Notes: generated by a model not told the origin, from the letters alone. A stretch of DNA of 64,000 nucleotides from Pseudomonadota bacterium (GCA_963205305.1 CAUJIC010000025.1:13554-77553), one strand, 5' to 3'; positions 35,170 to 45,721 are shown, counted from the first letter of the stretch. Made by a program: numbers and translations.

Positions 35170-36057
35170 TTGTCATACTCAGCGCGTACTGAGAAGCTTA
35201 GAATAGGCTATGTTTTTGAAGTAGAACCGAGCACCACTGAGGACAAACGATTGAATCAGGAAGCAACAAGGGGCAAGAAAACCCGCCATCCAGTACATGA
35301 AGCAAAGCGGCATTTTACGGCTGAGAAATATAGAGAAATTAATGCCCTTATGCATCAAGCGGGGCAAGGGAACATGGATGCCGCCAACCAGTTTCTAAAA
35401 AAGATTGATGGTTGGGTGAATGAAAAGACTGAGCATATTGCCAAACAAGTGTGGGGCGATGCAGTGGATATTGCCCTTGCCAAAGATGGCGCACAGGACG
35501 TGCTCATAAAGATGATGAAACCTGAAGCGCGGGCAAGCCATTTTAATGGTGAATCTGACCTATGGAGTCAATTTTCCACAGCATTTCAAAGAGAACTGAG
35601 GGATAACTATGTATCAATCCTTACGCGAATGCAAAAGGAGCGTGCCAATAATGAAAGGTTAGTGGCGGCAATATCAGACATACCTGCGGCAACCGTCGCT
35701 GGAGGTTCCATAGAAAGATTCAGCAGCGAGCAGATAGATGCAGCCAAAGGTTTGTTGAAACCATATAGGCTAACGCCTGAACAAGCGTTATTCAAACAAC
35801 GTCGATCTACCGCAATAGATCGCGCGCTTGGAACCCTTAGGTCAGATCAGCACGCAGTACTCCGTGGTCACGCAGAAGGATTATCGCTCAATGAAATTGC
35901 AGCAGAACTTAACACACAAGCATTGAAACCGCATGTGTTAACAGCACAAGCTATTCGTGACATTGGGACAACGGCTAGAAGGCATATTAGAAGAGATGAT
36001 GCTAGAGCGCGTGATGCTCTTGCCTCCTACCACGAACCCGATGGTTGGGCGCGATAA
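35170..36057 (+). CDS. Hypothetical protein with a C-terminal sigma-70 region-4 / LuxR-like HTH (possible divergent ECF-like sigma)
   Basis: LRSDQHAVLRGHAEGLSLNEIAAELN resembles region 4. GAQDVLIKMMK...SDLWSQFSTAFQRELRDNY faintly resembles region 2. The start codon is uncertain (TTG in the track). Confidence 0.35.
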   Translation: MSYSARTEKLRIGYVFEVEPSTTEDKRLNQEATRGKKTRHPVHEAKRHFTAEKYREINALMHQAGQGNMDAANQFLKKIDGWVNEKTEHIAKQVWGDAVDIALAKDGAQDVLIKMMKPEARASHFNGESDLWSQFSTAFQRELRDNYVSILTRMQKERANNERLVAAISDIPAATVAGGSIERFSSEQIDAAKGLLKPYRLTPEQALFKQRRSTAIDRALGTLRSDQHAVLRGHAEGLSLNEIAAELNTQALKPHVLTAQAIRDIGTTARRHIRRDDARARDALASYHEPDGWAR

Positions 36058-36112
36058 GTTCGCACTGTATTTTTCGCTGGGGTTTTTTGTTCGTCGTTGC
36101 TAGGTTTGCGCC

Positions 36113-37642
36113 ATGGTCGCACGCATTCACACGGTTGCCTTTCAGGGGATTGAGACATTGCCCGTCGAGGTGCAGGTGCATCTGGGCGCTGGGTTACCCG
36201 CGTTCACGGTGGTGGGCTTACCCGATAAGGCCGTGGCTGAATCACGCGAGCGAGTGCGTGCGGCGTTGAACTCGATGGGCGTGCAACTGCCCGCGAAACG
36301 CATCCTCGTCAACCTTGCCCCTGCTGATGTGCAAAAGGAAGGCTCGCATTTCGATGTGCCGATTGCACTCGCGATGCTGGTTGCGTTGGGCATGATTCCC
36401 GCCGATGCGCTGGAGGGGTTTGTGGCACTCGGCGAACTCGCGCTCGATGGCCAATTGCAACCCGTGGCGGGCGTGTTGCCCGCCGCGCTGGGTGCCAGTG
36501 CCCAAAACAAAGGGATTATTTGCCCTGCCGATAATGGTGCCGAAGCAGCGTTTGCGGGGGATATTGATATTCTCGCGCCGCACTCGCTGCTCGCACTCAT
36601 CAACCACATCAAAGGTCAGCAAGTGTTGGCGCGGCCCGAGGCATCGCTACACATGGTGGATGCGCGCGGGCCCGACCTTGCCGAAGTACGTGGACAGGCA
36701 GTGGCTAAACGCGCGCTCGAGATTGCAGCAGCGGGTGGCCATAATTTGCTGATGATTGGCCCGCCAGGCTCCGGCAAATCCATGCTCGCGGCGTGTTTAC
36801 CGCGTATTTTGCCGCCGATGACGCCCGAGGAAATGCTGGAGACCAACTTGATTGCGAGCGTGGCGGGTAAATTGCTGAAAGGCAATTTCAGTGGCACGCG
36901 GCCCTTCCGCGACCCGCACCATTCCAGCTCCATGGCATCCATGGTCGGTGGTGGGCGCAAAGCCGTGCCGGGGGAAATTTCACTCGCACATCATGGCGTG
37001 CTGTTCATGGATGAGCTGCCCGAATATCCGCGCGGGGTGCTGGAATCACTGCGCCAACCGCTGGAGACAGGCACGATTTCGATCGCCCGCGTCGAGGCGC
37101 ATGTGACGTACCCTGCGCGCTTCCAGATGATTGCAGCGATGAACCCGTGCAAGTGCGGCTACCTCGATGATGCGGGGCGTGCGTGTAACAAGGCGCCTCG
37201 CTGCGCGGGCGATTATCAGGGGCGCATCTCAGGCCCGCTGCTCGACCGCATTGATTTGCATGTGGATGTGCCTGCGGTGGACACACTGAGTATGCTGACC
37301 CCTGCGGATGCAGAACCAAGCGCCGTGGTGGCTGCACGCGTGCTGCGCGCGCGCGGACGCCAGCACCAGCGTTTTGCGCGCATGGGCATTGCGGCACGCA
37401 CCAACGCCGAAGTGAGCGGCGATAAATTGCAGGAAATGGTGCAGCTGAATGCCGAAGGGCGCACGCTGCTTGAGCATGCAACCAAAACACTGCAACTAAG
37501 TATGCGTGGCCTGACGCGTGTGCTACGCATTGCACGTACCATCGCCGATTTGGAAGGGCAGGCCGATGTGAGCCGCACCCATTTGGCCGAAGCGTTATCC
37601 TACCGTCAGCAGCCGCAAGGACGCTTTTTAGATGCAGCATAA
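36113..37642 (+). CDS. comM: Mg-chelatase-like ATPase, YifB/ComM family
   Basis: MVARIHTVAFQGIE... Lon-like N-terminal domain, Walker A GPPGSGKSM, and GVLFMDELPEY. Confidence 0.9.
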   Translation: MVARIHTVAFQGIETLPVEVQVHLGAGLPAFTVVGLPDKAVAESRERVRAALNSMGVQLPAKRILVNLAPADVQKEGSHFDVPIALAMLVALGMIPADALEGFVALGELALDGQLQPVAGVLPAALGASAQNKGIICPADNGAEAAFAGDIDILAPHSLLALINHIKGQQVLARPEASLHMVDARGPDLAEVRGQAVAKRALEIAAAGGHNLLMIGPPGSGKSMLAACLPRILPPMTPEEMLETNLIASVAGKLLKGNFSGTRPFRDPHHSSSMASMVGGGRKAVPGEISLAHHGVLFMDELPEYPRGVLESLRQPLETGTISIARVEAHVTYPARFQMIAAMNPCKCGYLDDAGRACNKAPRCAGDYQGRISGPLLDRIDLHVDVPAVDTLSMLTPADAEPSAVVAARVLRARGRQHQRFARMGIAARTNAEVSGDKLQEMVQLNAEGRTLLEHATKTLQLSMRGLTRVLRIARTIADLEGQADVSRTHLAEALSYRQQPQGRFLDAA

Positions 37643-37652
37643 AGGAGATAGC

Positions 37653-38159
37653 ATGTTCACTGAAGCCACTATCGATGATTGTGAAGCCGTAGCGGCGCTC
37701 GCACAAAAAACCTTCATCGAGGCGTTTGGCCATCTCTACCGACCCGAGAACCGCGAGGCACATGTGGTCGAAAAATTTAGTGCAGCATTTTTTCGCGATG
37801 CGCTTGCCTCAGGCGATACGATTTTGATGCTGCACGATGCGGCGCGACTGATTGGATACGCCAAAGTCGGGCATTTGAGCTTGCCCGTGAAACCGCCGAT
37901 TGCCCGCGGCGCGCAGGAAATTCACCGTGTCTATGTCGATAAGGAATTCCAAGGGCGCGGGCTTGGCAAAGCGCTTATGCTGCACATTCTTTCGCTGCCA
38001 CGTATTGCAGCGGCATCGGCGGTGTATCTGGGTGTGTGGGAAGAAAATTTGCGCGCGCAGCATTTATATACGCTGTATGGGTTCGAGCCTGTCGGCAAAT
38101 ATCTGTATCAGGTGGGTGATCAGGCGGATAACGAGATTATCATGGCAAGAACACGGTAG
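37653..38159 (+). CDS. GNAT-family N-acetyltransferase
   Basis: AAAGGAGA upstream of the ATG at 37653. Acetyl-CoA motif FQGRGLGKALM. Confidence 0.8.
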   Translation: MFTEATIDDCEAVAALAQKTFIEAFGHLYRPENREAHVVEKFSAAFFRDALASGDTILMLHDAARLIGYAKVGHLSLPVKPPIARGAQEIHRVYVDKEFQGRGLGKALMLHILSLPRIAAASAVYLGVWEENLRAQHLYTLYGFEPVGKYLYQVGDQADNEIIMARTR

Positions 38160-38352
38160 TGTTCTTGCATTTTATTGAAGGGGGCATCGCCCCCTACGCT
38201 GCGCTGACCCCCTCCGCAAGCGGCTCGGGATGGAACCCTTCGCACCGCCTATTCAAACGTTTGTGATTATCCGTGCGTAGCGCTCCGCGCGAGCCGCGTA
38301 GCGGCTGAGGGTAAGCAACGAAGTTGCGAAGGGAACAAAGAGTTCCTTTCGG

Positions 38353-39129
38353 TTACAAGCTTATCAACCCCGTCTGCGGTGAGCTGGCACTGGCGTGGGT
38401 GCGTTTTTCCATGCGGCCAGCAAGGTAAGCAAGGCGGCCGCTTTCCACGGCGAGTTTCATGGCGCGTGCCATCATCACAGGGTCACGCGCTTCCGCAATC
38501 GCGGTGTTCATCAGCACACCGTCGCAGCCCAGCTCCATGGCGATGGCGGCGTCCGACGCGGTGCCAACACCCGCATCGACAAGGATGGGTACGGAGGATT
38601 GCTTCACAATCATTTCGATGTTGAGTGGGTTTTGGATGCCAAGACCCGAGCCAATAGGCGCGGCGAGCGGCATGATAGCGGCAACGCCCAGCGCCTCGAA
38701 TTTGCGGGCGCTGATGGGGTCATCATTCGTGTAGACCATCACCTCGAAACCCTCTTTCACGAGTGTTTCAGCTGCTTTTAGTGTCTCTTCAACATCAGGA
38801 AACAGGCTCAGTTTGTCGCCAATCACTTCGAGTTTCACGAGTGTCCACCCACCCAGCTCACGCGCGAGGCGCAGGGTACGCACCGCTTCCTCGGCGGTGA
38901 AGCAGCCTGCGGAGTTGGGCAGGTAGGTGTATTTCTCGGGCGGGATGGCGGCTTGCAAACTTTCCGCCCCCGTATCTGCCAAGTTCACCCGGCGCAGCGC
39001 CACAGTGACAATTTCGGCACCGCTGGCGGCAATCGCCTCCTTGGTTTGCGCCATGTCCTTATACTTGCCAGTGCCGACGAGTAGGCGCGAACTAAAAATG
39101 CGCCCCGCAATAACTAAAGGGTCGTTCAT
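38353..39129 (-). CDS. thiG: Thiazole synthase
   Basis: LLVGTGKY..., TVALRRVN and [12 protein letters not shown] are typical ThiG; 258 aa. Confidence 0.95.
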   Translation of the reverse strand: MNDPLVIAGRIFSSRLLVGTGKYKDMAQTKEAIAASGAEIVTVALRRVNLADTGAESLQAAIPPEKYTYLPNSAGCFTAEEAVRTLRLARELGGWTLVKLEVIGDKLSLFPDVEETLKAAETLVKEGFEVMVYTNDDPISARKFEALGVAAIMPLAAPIGSGLGIQNPLNIEMIVKQSSVPILVDAGVGTASDAAIAMELGCDGVLMNTAIAEARDPVMMARAMKLAVESGRLAYLAGRMEKRTHASASSPQTGLISL

Positions 39130-39353
39130 CAGCCACCCCCAATGAAACCGACTACCTCGATGGCATCGCCATCCATGATGGGAGTGGTGGCGTAGGCGCT
39201 GCGGGGGACGATGTCGCGGTTCAGCTCAATCGCGACCTTGCGCGGGTCGAGCTTCAGCTCCTCGATTAAGTCACTGACCATTCTTACATCCGCGAGCGGG
39301 CGCTGCCCGCCGTTGAGGGTGATTTGCGCTGTTGTGTTCGATGTGTTAAGCAT
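39129..39353 (-). CDS. thiS: Sulfur carrier protein ThiS
   Basis: ITLNG...[14 protein letters not shown] with the C-terminal GG. The stop overlaps the thiG start. Confidence 0.8.
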   Translation of the reverse strand: MLNTSNTTAQITLNGGQRPLADVRMVSDLIEELKLDPRKVAIELNRDIVPRSAYATTPIMDGDAIEVVGFIGGG

Positions 39354-39401
39354 GGGGCACATTTAGGCGATTACGCGCAAAAGCGCAAGAAACGAGGAAG
39401 C

Positions 39402-39830
39402 ATGCCCACGATTACCATTCTAAACGGCCCCAATTTGAACCTGCTTGGCACCCGCGAGCCCGAAATTTATGGCCGCGAAACACTGGCCGACATTGAAAAA
39501 ATGTGTGTAGAAGCGGCTAAAAAACAAGGGTTCGAGGTCGATTTTCGCCAAAGCAACCACGAGGGGGTGCTGATTGATTGGGTGCAAGAGGTGGGGCGAA
39601 CATCGGCGGCGATCATCATCAATGCGGGGGGCTATACGCACACCTCGGTGGCGCTGCACGATGCGCTGCGAGCAGTGAAGATTCCGATTATCGAGGTGCA
39701 TTTAAGCGACCCTAAAACGCGTGAGGCGTTCCGCCATCACTCTTACATCGAATCGGTGGCGAAAAAGAGCATTTGCGGGCAGGGTGCAAAGGGCTATGTG
39801 CTGGCGATTGAAGCGCTCGCGCAGCAATAA
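39402..39830 (+). CDS. aroQ: Type II 3-dehydroquinate dehydratase
   Basis: [30 protein letters not shown] and EVHLSD. Confidence 0.95.
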   Translation: MPTITILNGPNLNLLGTREPEIYGRETLADIEKMCVEAAKKQGFEVDFRQSNHEGVLIDWVQEVGRTSAAIIINAGGYTHTSVALHDALRAVKIPIIEVHLSDPKTREAFRHHSYIESVAKKSICGQGAKGYVLAIEALAQQ

Positions 39831-40790
39831 TTACACCCGCGCCAGCATAGTTTTAATGCGGTGTTGGTACGTATGCTCGGCCAACACGCGTGCGCGGGCG
39901 TTGGTGGCAAGGCGCGCAGCATAAACATCATCCTTCAGCAGGCGTTCGGTTTGGGCGTTCCACTCATCCATCGTTTTAAAGCAGGCAATTTCTTCGTCGG
40001 GCACGAACAAGCGCTCGATGTCATCGCGGTGCTCCACCAATTGAGGGATGCCATAGCCCGCCGCTTCATAGGTACGCATGTTGGTGCCACCACGCACCAC
40101 GCTCGCATGAATATTGAGCGAAATGCGATGATTTGCATAGATGCCCTGCATATCACTAATTTCTACCGCAGGCCTAAACGCGAGCGGGTGCTGGAAGAAC
40201 AGCGCATCATGCATGAAATAATTGCCATAGATATGGCATGCATGCCCCGAGGTGAGGATCTGCGAAAGCCAAGCGCTGCGCTTGGCATCGCGGTTGGCGA
40301 TGAAGCACATGGGTGATGGTTTTGATGGTTGTTTTGCTGCAGGTGTGTGCGTGGCAGGCAGCATGGCAAATGGCAGCACGCCCGCAAATTGTGCAGGTGG
40401 AATGGCAAGGCGAGCCTCGGTTTCGTAGCCTGGGTCGGAGATGAAGATATGCCCCATGCTGCGAAGCAACCCATCGCTCACCTTCGCATCATCCACCAGC
40501 CACACGATATTTTTTGCTGCATGGGTGAGTGCAGCAAAACAGCTGAGGGGTTGGATGAAAATGGCAGCGTCATAGGTGGCATTGTTGATGCGGTCGATGA
40601 GTTGCGCTTCCCAGCTTTTGCGGTCGCGCGCGCGGGCGAGTGTTTCGGGCAGGGTTTGGGGGCGGGTGGCAATGGTTTCAACGTTCGCCGTGCCTAGGCA
40701 ATCTACCAATGCGGCGCGCACATAATCGCCAAGGCCACCGCGCCACGGTTTGTAGACAAGCAGAACGCGCATGGAAGAGGAGAGAGCCAT
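39831..40790 (-). CDS. CgeB-like glycosyltransferase family protein
   Basis: The C-terminal TNMRTYEAAGYG...LFVPDEEIACF...ARLATNARARVLAEHTYQHR resembles the Glyco_trans_1_2/CgeB family. Confidence 0.5.
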   Translation of the reverse strand: MALSSSMRVLLVYKPWRGGLGDYVRAALVDCLGTANVETIATRPQTLPETLARARDRKSWEAQLIDRINNATYDAAIFIQPLSCFAALTHAAKNIVWLVDDAKVSDGLLRSMGHIFISDPGYETEARLAIPPAQFAGVLPFAMLPATHTPAAKQPSKPSPMCFIANRDAKRSAWLSQILTSGHACHIYGNYFMHDALFFQHPLAFRPAVEISDMQGIYANHRISLNIHASVVRGGTNMRTYEAAGYGIPQLVEHRDDIERLFVPDEEIACFKTMDEWNAQTERLLKDDVYAARLATNARARVLAEHTYQHRIKTMLARV

Positions 40791-40854
40791 GGCGCAGTTT
40801 TAGGGGCGTGGGCACGTGGTTGCAACTAAATCTGGCAGGCGCTACGATGGGAGC

Positions 40855-41505
40855 ATGGATGAATTAAACCCCGAGACACTCCTCAACGCCTATGCCAACG
40901 GCTATTTCCCGATGGCACTGAACAAGGACGACCCCGAGCTTTATTGGTTTTCGCCCGAGGAGCGCGGTGTGCTGCCGCTTGATACGTTCAATATCCCCCG
41001 TGGCCTTGCCCGCGCCATGAAAAAGCACGATTACACCATCACTGTCGATACGACATTCGAGGAGGTAATTCGTAGTTGCGGCACACTGACCGAGGAGCGC
41101 GACGAGACATGGATCAACGAAAAGATTGTGCAGCTTTACACCGCGCTGTTCGCCGCAGGCCACGCGCATAGCATCGAGGTTTGGCAGGGTGGCGAACTCA
41201 TAGGCGGCCTCTACGGTGTATCCCTCGGCGGTGCGTTTTTTGGCGAGAGCATGTTCTCCAAAGCGCCTGATGCGAGCAAGATAGCGCTGGTGCGGCTGGT
41301 GGAGATTCTGCGTGCAGCCGATTACCAACTACTCGACACGCAATACGTGAACGACCATTTGAAGCAGTTTGGTGTCGAGGCGTGGCCGAAGGAACGCTAT
41401 ATGATAAAATTAGAAAACGCCCTTAAGGCATCGCCCAACCCATCCACGCGCTTTTCAACTGTTTCGGTGCGTAGTGGTGCAGCTTCTTCATCGAGCTTGA
41501 GCTGA
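40855..41505 (+). CDS. aat: Leucyl/phenylalanyl-tRNA-protein transferase
   Basis: LLNAYANGYFPM, LYWFSPEERGVLPL and GESMFS motifs. Confidence 0.85.
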   Translation: MDELNPETLLNAYANGYFPMALNKDDPELYWFSPEERGVLPLDTFNIPRGLARAMKKHDYTITVDTTFEEVIRSCGTLTEERDETWINEKIVQLYTALFAAGHAHSIEVWQGGELIGGLYGVSLGGAFFGESMFSKAPDASKIALVRLVEILRAADYQLLDTQYVNDHLKQFGVEAWPKERYMIKLENALKASPNPSTRFSTVSVRSGAASSSSLS

Positions 41506-42890
41506 ATACGCCCATCATGGAACTGTAAGTTTGCATGGTGCAAATTGCCCCCGCGCCCGCCTGAGAAATGAAAGGCAAGATTAGCGGAAAGCCCCACACA
41601 GCGGGCCCATAAACGCTCGCGTTCATCCAGCAGTTTGAGGTCGCTCTTATCGCCCTTCCAGCGGCTGGAATAGCGGTAGTAAAGCGCTAGCGCCAGCATG
41701 AGGCGCTCTTTATGGTCGATGCCCTTCAAGGACGATTGCATGATGCGGTGATATGCCCAGTTGGCGCGGAAATTGGGGTCGATGCTCCATGCTAGCTCGG
41801 AAAGTTTACTCAGGCCACGGCGGATACGCCGCCATGCCAGAGGCTCGTTGTTAAACAGTGGTGTCATCCAATCATAGAGCTCGCGGCCATAGGTGCCCGT
41901 GCGGCCAATGAGCGCGGCCAGATCATTGGCGCTGGCGAGCAGTGCATCCTCGCGTTGCACTTTGGGCTCGAGCAAATCGAAGAAGAATCCTTCACGGATA
42001 CCGCTGACGGAGAAACGTACTTCGGGTGCACCTGTATAGGCCATCAGTTGGTGCAGCACCATGGCAGTGGGGATTATGGTGGCAGCACGTTTTTCGGAAA
42101 TGCCTGGAAGGCCCAGCAATTCTGTAGGCGACATGTCGAGCAGGCGCTCGCGCATTTGGGTCACTGCGCGGCGGCTCATATGGTATTCATGCACAAGGTC
42201 GAGCGGGTAGTTGGTTTTTTTCATGTGCAGTTTAGCCAGCGCACGAAAGCCACCGCCGATGGCATAGATGCACGGTGGCGTGGATTCCTTGAGCCATGAA
42301 ATGGCCTTGAGCTCGCTCTTGATGAGGTCTTCCATCTTGTCGCGTTTACCATCGGTAGCATCGACAATACGAAGGCCGCCTAAGTGGCAGCTTGCCCGTT
42401 CGCCCACCGCGCTGCGCTCGACCATGGCGAGCTCCATCGAGCCACCGCCTAAATCCGCTGAAATGCCAAAGGGCTCGTGGAAGGAGGAGAGCACTGCTTT
42501 TGCGGCCAGCTCTGCCTCGCGCTCACCCGTGATGACGGTGATTTTGATGCCGTGTGTTTTTTCGAGCCCGCGCACGAATTCTGCGCCGTTGCTGGCATCG
42601 CGCACCGCGGCGGTAGCGATGATATCGAGGCTTGCTACTTGCAAACGATTGGCCATGACAAGGAAGCGAGCAATGGCGCCTTCGGCTTGCTTCACACCAT
42701 CGGGGTTCAGCTTGCCACTTTTGGCGAGGCCCTTACCCAGCGCGCACATATATTTCTCGTTGAACAGGGGCAGCGGCACGCGTTTGAGCGCGTGATAGAC
42801 CACCATCCGTACCGAGTTGGAGCCGATATCGATAATCGCAATCAACCCCTTGGGGTGGTCGGCGGTGGGGATGTTATAGGTGATGGTCAT
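41397..42890 (-). CDS. ppx: Exopolyphosphatase (Ppx/GppA family)
   Basis: ASKHA fold motifs IIDIGSNSVRMVVY and DLGGGSMEL; 497 aa. Immediately downstream of ppk. Confidence 0.9.
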   Translation of the reverse strand: MTITYNIPTADHPKGLIAIIDIGSNSVRMVVYHALKRVPLPLFNEKYMCALGKGLAKSGKLNPDGVKQAEGAIARFLVMANRLQVASLDIIATAAVRDASNGAEFVRGLEKTHGIKITVITGEREAELAAKAVLSSFHEPFGISADLGGGSMELAMVERSAVGERASCHLGGLRIVDATDGKRDKMEDLIKSELKAISWLKESTPPCIYAIGGGFRALAKLHMKKTNYPLDLVHEYHMSRRAVTQMRERLLDMSPTELLGLPGISEKRAATIIPTAMVLHQLMAYTGAPEVRFSVSGIREGFFFDLLEPKVQREDALLASANDLAALIGRTGTYGRELYDWMTPLFNNEPLAWRRIRRGLSKLSELAWSIDPNFRANWAYHRIMQSSLKGIDHKERLMLALALYYRYSSRWKGDKSDLKLLDERERLWARCVGLSANLAFHFSGGRGGNLHHANLQFHDGRIQLKLDEEAAPLRTETVEKRVDGLGDALRAFSNFII

Positions 42891-42893
42891 GCG

Positions 42894-45116
42894 TTATTTC
42901 CTGCGCGTTTTTTTCTTCGCGGTGGGCTTTGTCGCCTCATCGCCCACATTACCGACTATTTGTGCGAGGGCTTTGCCACGGCCCGAAAGGGACGGGTTGG
43001 TCATAAAATAATCATGCGCGGCAAACGCGTTAGGCTCGTTGCTGATGCGGTGGTAGGTGCCATCGGCGTGCAAGCGCCAGCTTTGGCGGGCATCCTTCAA
43101 GTTCGCAACCATGATTTGATCGAGCACTTGGCGGTGCACGGTGGCATTTTCAATCGGCACCATCACCTCGACGCGACGATCCAGATTGCGGCTCATCCAA
43201 TCGGCGGAACTGATGAATACTTTGGCGGTGGGGGAAGGCATGGGCGCGCCGTTGCCAAAGCAATAAATGCGCGCATGTTCGAGGAAGCGCCCGACGAGGC
43301 TTTTCACGTGGATATTATCGGAAAAACCAGTAATGCCCGGCTTAAGGTCGCAAATGCCGCGCACCACCAGCTCAATTTTGACACCCGCTTGGCTTGCAGC
43401 ATAAAGTGCGTCGATGATGTTCTCATCGACCAGCGAGTTCATTTTCGCCCAGATAGATGCGGGCTGCCCATTTCGTGCAAATTCCATTTCCGTGGCGATG
43501 TGTTTCATGAGGTGCTTACGCATGGTAAGTGGCGCCACCGCCAGTTTTTTAAACTTCACGGGCTTGGCGTAACCCGTGATGTAGTTGAATACATAGCCTG
43601 CATCTTGGCAGAGTACAGCGTCGGACGTGAAGAACGAAAGGTCGGTATAAAATTTGGCGGTGGTGGGGTGATAGTTGCCCGTGCCAAAATGCGCGTAGGA
43701 GCGCAAACTGCCATGCTCGCGCCGTGTGACAAGCGATAGTTTGGCGTGCGTTTTCATCTCCACAAACCCATAGACCACCTGCACGCCTGCGCGCTCCATG
43801 CTGCGGGCAAGGCGGATATTTGCTTCTTCATCGAAGCGGGCTTTCAGCTCAACGAGTGCGGTCACGGTTTTACCGTTTTCGGCGGCGGCAATCAGCGCTT
43901 TGACGATGGGCGAATCGTGGCTGGTGCGGTACAGCGTTTGTTTGATGGAGACGACGTTGGGGTCGCCTGCGGCTTGCTCTAAAAATTGCACCACCACGTC
44001 GAAACTTTCGTAGGGGTGATGGACGATGATATCCTTTGCGTGAATGGCGGCAAAACAATCGCCGCCAAAATCGTTCACGCGCTCGGGGAAGCGGACTTTG
44101 AAGGGGGTATATTTGAGGTCGTGGCGGGCAATCGCGTAGAGTTCGCTTAAGGAGGCAAGGCCAACGAGCCCATCGACCTCGATGACATCGGCGGCATCGG
44201 CGGGTAAATGTTCGAGCATGAAATTGAGCAATTTGCTGGAGACACCTTTGTTGGTTTTTATACGAACCACACGGCCATAGCGGCGCTTTTTGACCGCAAT
44301 ATCCATGTTTCGCATGAGGTCTTCGGCTTCTTCCTCGATTTCGAGATCGGAATCACGCACGATGCGGAACAAGCCCGAACCGTGCAGCGTGAACCCCGGA
44401 AAGAGCGCATCGAAACACAGCGCAATTACTTCCTCGAGCGCGATGAAGCGGTTGGTTTTGCCAATACCTAGTTGAATGAAGCGCGGCTGCGCGGCGGGAA
44501 AGGGCACCAGCGCAATCATTTTTTTGTTAGCGCGCCGTGGTGGCGAAAGCTCGAGCGCCTGCACAATGCCAAGGTTCGGGATAAACGGGAACGGGTGGGC
44601 AGGATCGACCGCCATGGGGGTTAGCAGCGGGAAAATATTGGTGGAGAAATAGTCGCGCAGCCACAGCATATCCGCCTTGCTTATGGCGGTTGGCAATTTT
44701 TCGGGCGGGATGATGTGCACCTGTTCCTTGGCCAGTGCTTTACGTAAATCGAGCCAACATTGTTGTTGTGCCGTAATCAGTTTGCCTGCTGCAATATGGA
44801 TGGAGTGCAGCTGGTGGATGGGGCTTAACCCATCGGCCGAGGGGCTGTGCACGCCATGCGCCACTTGATCCATCAGCCCTGCCACGCGCACCATGGTGAA
44901 TTCATCGAGGTTGGTGGCCGAGATGGAAAGGAATTTTACGCGCTCGAGGAGCGGATTATTCAGGTTTTGTGCTTCTTCCATCACGCGGGTGTTGAAGGCC
45001 AGCCAACTGAGTTCGCGGTTGATGTAGCGGTGCTCGGGTTTTGCAAAATGCTGCGCGATCACGGCTTCATCGAGGACGGGGAGCGGGATTTTTTTTGCTA
45101 CTTTTTTGATGGTCAT
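42894..45116 (-). CDS. ppk: Polyphosphate kinase 1
   Basis: YINRELSWLAFNTRVMEEA start, the autophosphorylated His region (VEMKTHAKLSLV), and two PLD-like C-terminal domains. Confidence 0.95.
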   Translation of the reverse strand: MTIKKVAKKIPLPVLDEAVIAQHFAKPEHRYINRELSWLAFNTRVMEEAQNLNNPLLERVKFLSISATNLDEFTMVRVAGLMDQVAHGVHSPSADGLSPIHQLHSIHIAAGKLITAQQQCWLDLRKALAKEQVHIIPPEKLPTAISKADMLWLRDYFSTNIFPLLTPMAVDPAHPFPFIPNLGIVQALELSPPRRANKKMIALVPFPAAQPRFIQLGIGKTNRFIALEEVIALCFDALFPGFTLHGSGLFRIVRDSDLEIEEEAEDLMRNMDIAVKKRRYGRVVRIKTNKGVSSKLLNFMLEHLPADAADVIEVDGLVGLASLSELYAIARHDLKYTPFKVRFPERVNDFGGDCFAAIHAKDIIVHHPYESFDVVVQFLEQAAGDPNVVSIKQTLYRTSHDSPIVKALIAAAENGKTVTALVELKARFDEEANIRLARSMERAGVQVVYGFVEMKTHAKLSLVTRREHGSLRSYAHFGTGNYHPTTAKFYTDLSFFTSDAVLCQDAGYVFNYITGYAKPVKFKKLAVAPLTMRKHLMKHIATEMEFARNGQPASIWAKMNSLVDENIIDALYAASQAGVKIELVVRGICDLKPGITGFSDNIHVKSLVGRFLEHARIYCFGNGAPMPSPTAKVFISSADWMSRNLDRRVEVMVPIENATVHRQVLDQIMVANLKDARQSWRLHADGTYHRISNEPNAFAAHDYFMTNPSLSGRGKALAQIVGNVGDEATKPTAKKKTRRK

Positions 45117-45163
45117 GTGCGAAGCCTGCTTGTGTCGTGTGCGAGAAATGCTAGGGTATACCC

Positions 45164-45682
45164 ATGCAATCTAGCGTAAACACAGGCACAACACAACGAC
45201 GACTCATTCTTATCCGCCATGCCAAGGCGATGGAGGAGGATGTAGGCGGCGACCATGCACGCCAGCTTAGCGAGCGTGGGCTTGCGGATGCAGCGGCACT
45301 GGGCGAATGGCTAAGCGCGCAAGGGTTGGTACCCGATGCGGCTTTATGCTCGACCGCCACGCGCACGCGCCAAACCTTGGCCGCGATTACGAAGAACATC
45401 CCCACGATTTTGAGTGATAGACTTTACCTCGCCAGCACCAACGATATGCTGAGCCAGATTCAGGCGACGGACGATGCGGTGACCACCTTGATGGTGGTGG
45501 CGCATAACCCTGGCAGCCATTCGCTACTTGGGCAGTTGGTTGGCAGTTATGCAAACGAGGAGGATGCCGACCGATTGCTACTGAAATTTCCCACCAGCGC
45601 CTGCGCGGTGATGGAATTTAATGCCGCGCATTGGAAAGAGATTGCGCCCAATTCGGCAACGCTCGCGCTACTCAGGTATTAG
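45164..45682 (+). CDS. sixA: Histidine phosphatase superfamily protein (SixA-like phosphohistidine phosphatase)
   Basis: RLILIRHAKA catalytic RHA motif and a later VAHNP motif; 172 aa. Confidence 0.7.
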   Translation: MQSSVNTGTTQRRLILIRHAKAMEEDVGGDHARQLSERGLADAAALGEWLSAQGLVPDAALCSTATRTRQTLAAITKNIPTILSDRLYLASTNDMLSQIQATDDAVTTLMVVAHNPGSHSLLGQLVGSYANEEDADRLLLKFPTSACAVMEFNAAHWKEIAPNSATLALLRY

Positions 45683-45721
45683 CCCCAACCGTTTTCAGGA
45701 ATAAAAGAGACCCGTGAACCG

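Noticed and set aside
38160-38352. GC-rich structured spacer after the GNAT gene and thiG (hairpin GGGGGCatcGCCCCC at about 38181-38196, repeated gcgtagcg, inverted GGAACCCTTCGCA / TGCGAAGGGAAC). It was considered as a REP/MITE-like element or an sRNA. 15009-15133 has a similar flavour.
   Set aside because: The pieces are most simply convergent terminators. I could not establish a repeat family from the two loci by eye, and there are no terminal inverted repeats or target duplications.
39354-39401. Expected a TPP riboswitch upstream of thiS-thiG.
   Set aside because: Only ~48 bp separate thiS from the divergent aroQ start, which is too short for a THI element. No CUGAGA-type core was seen nearby.
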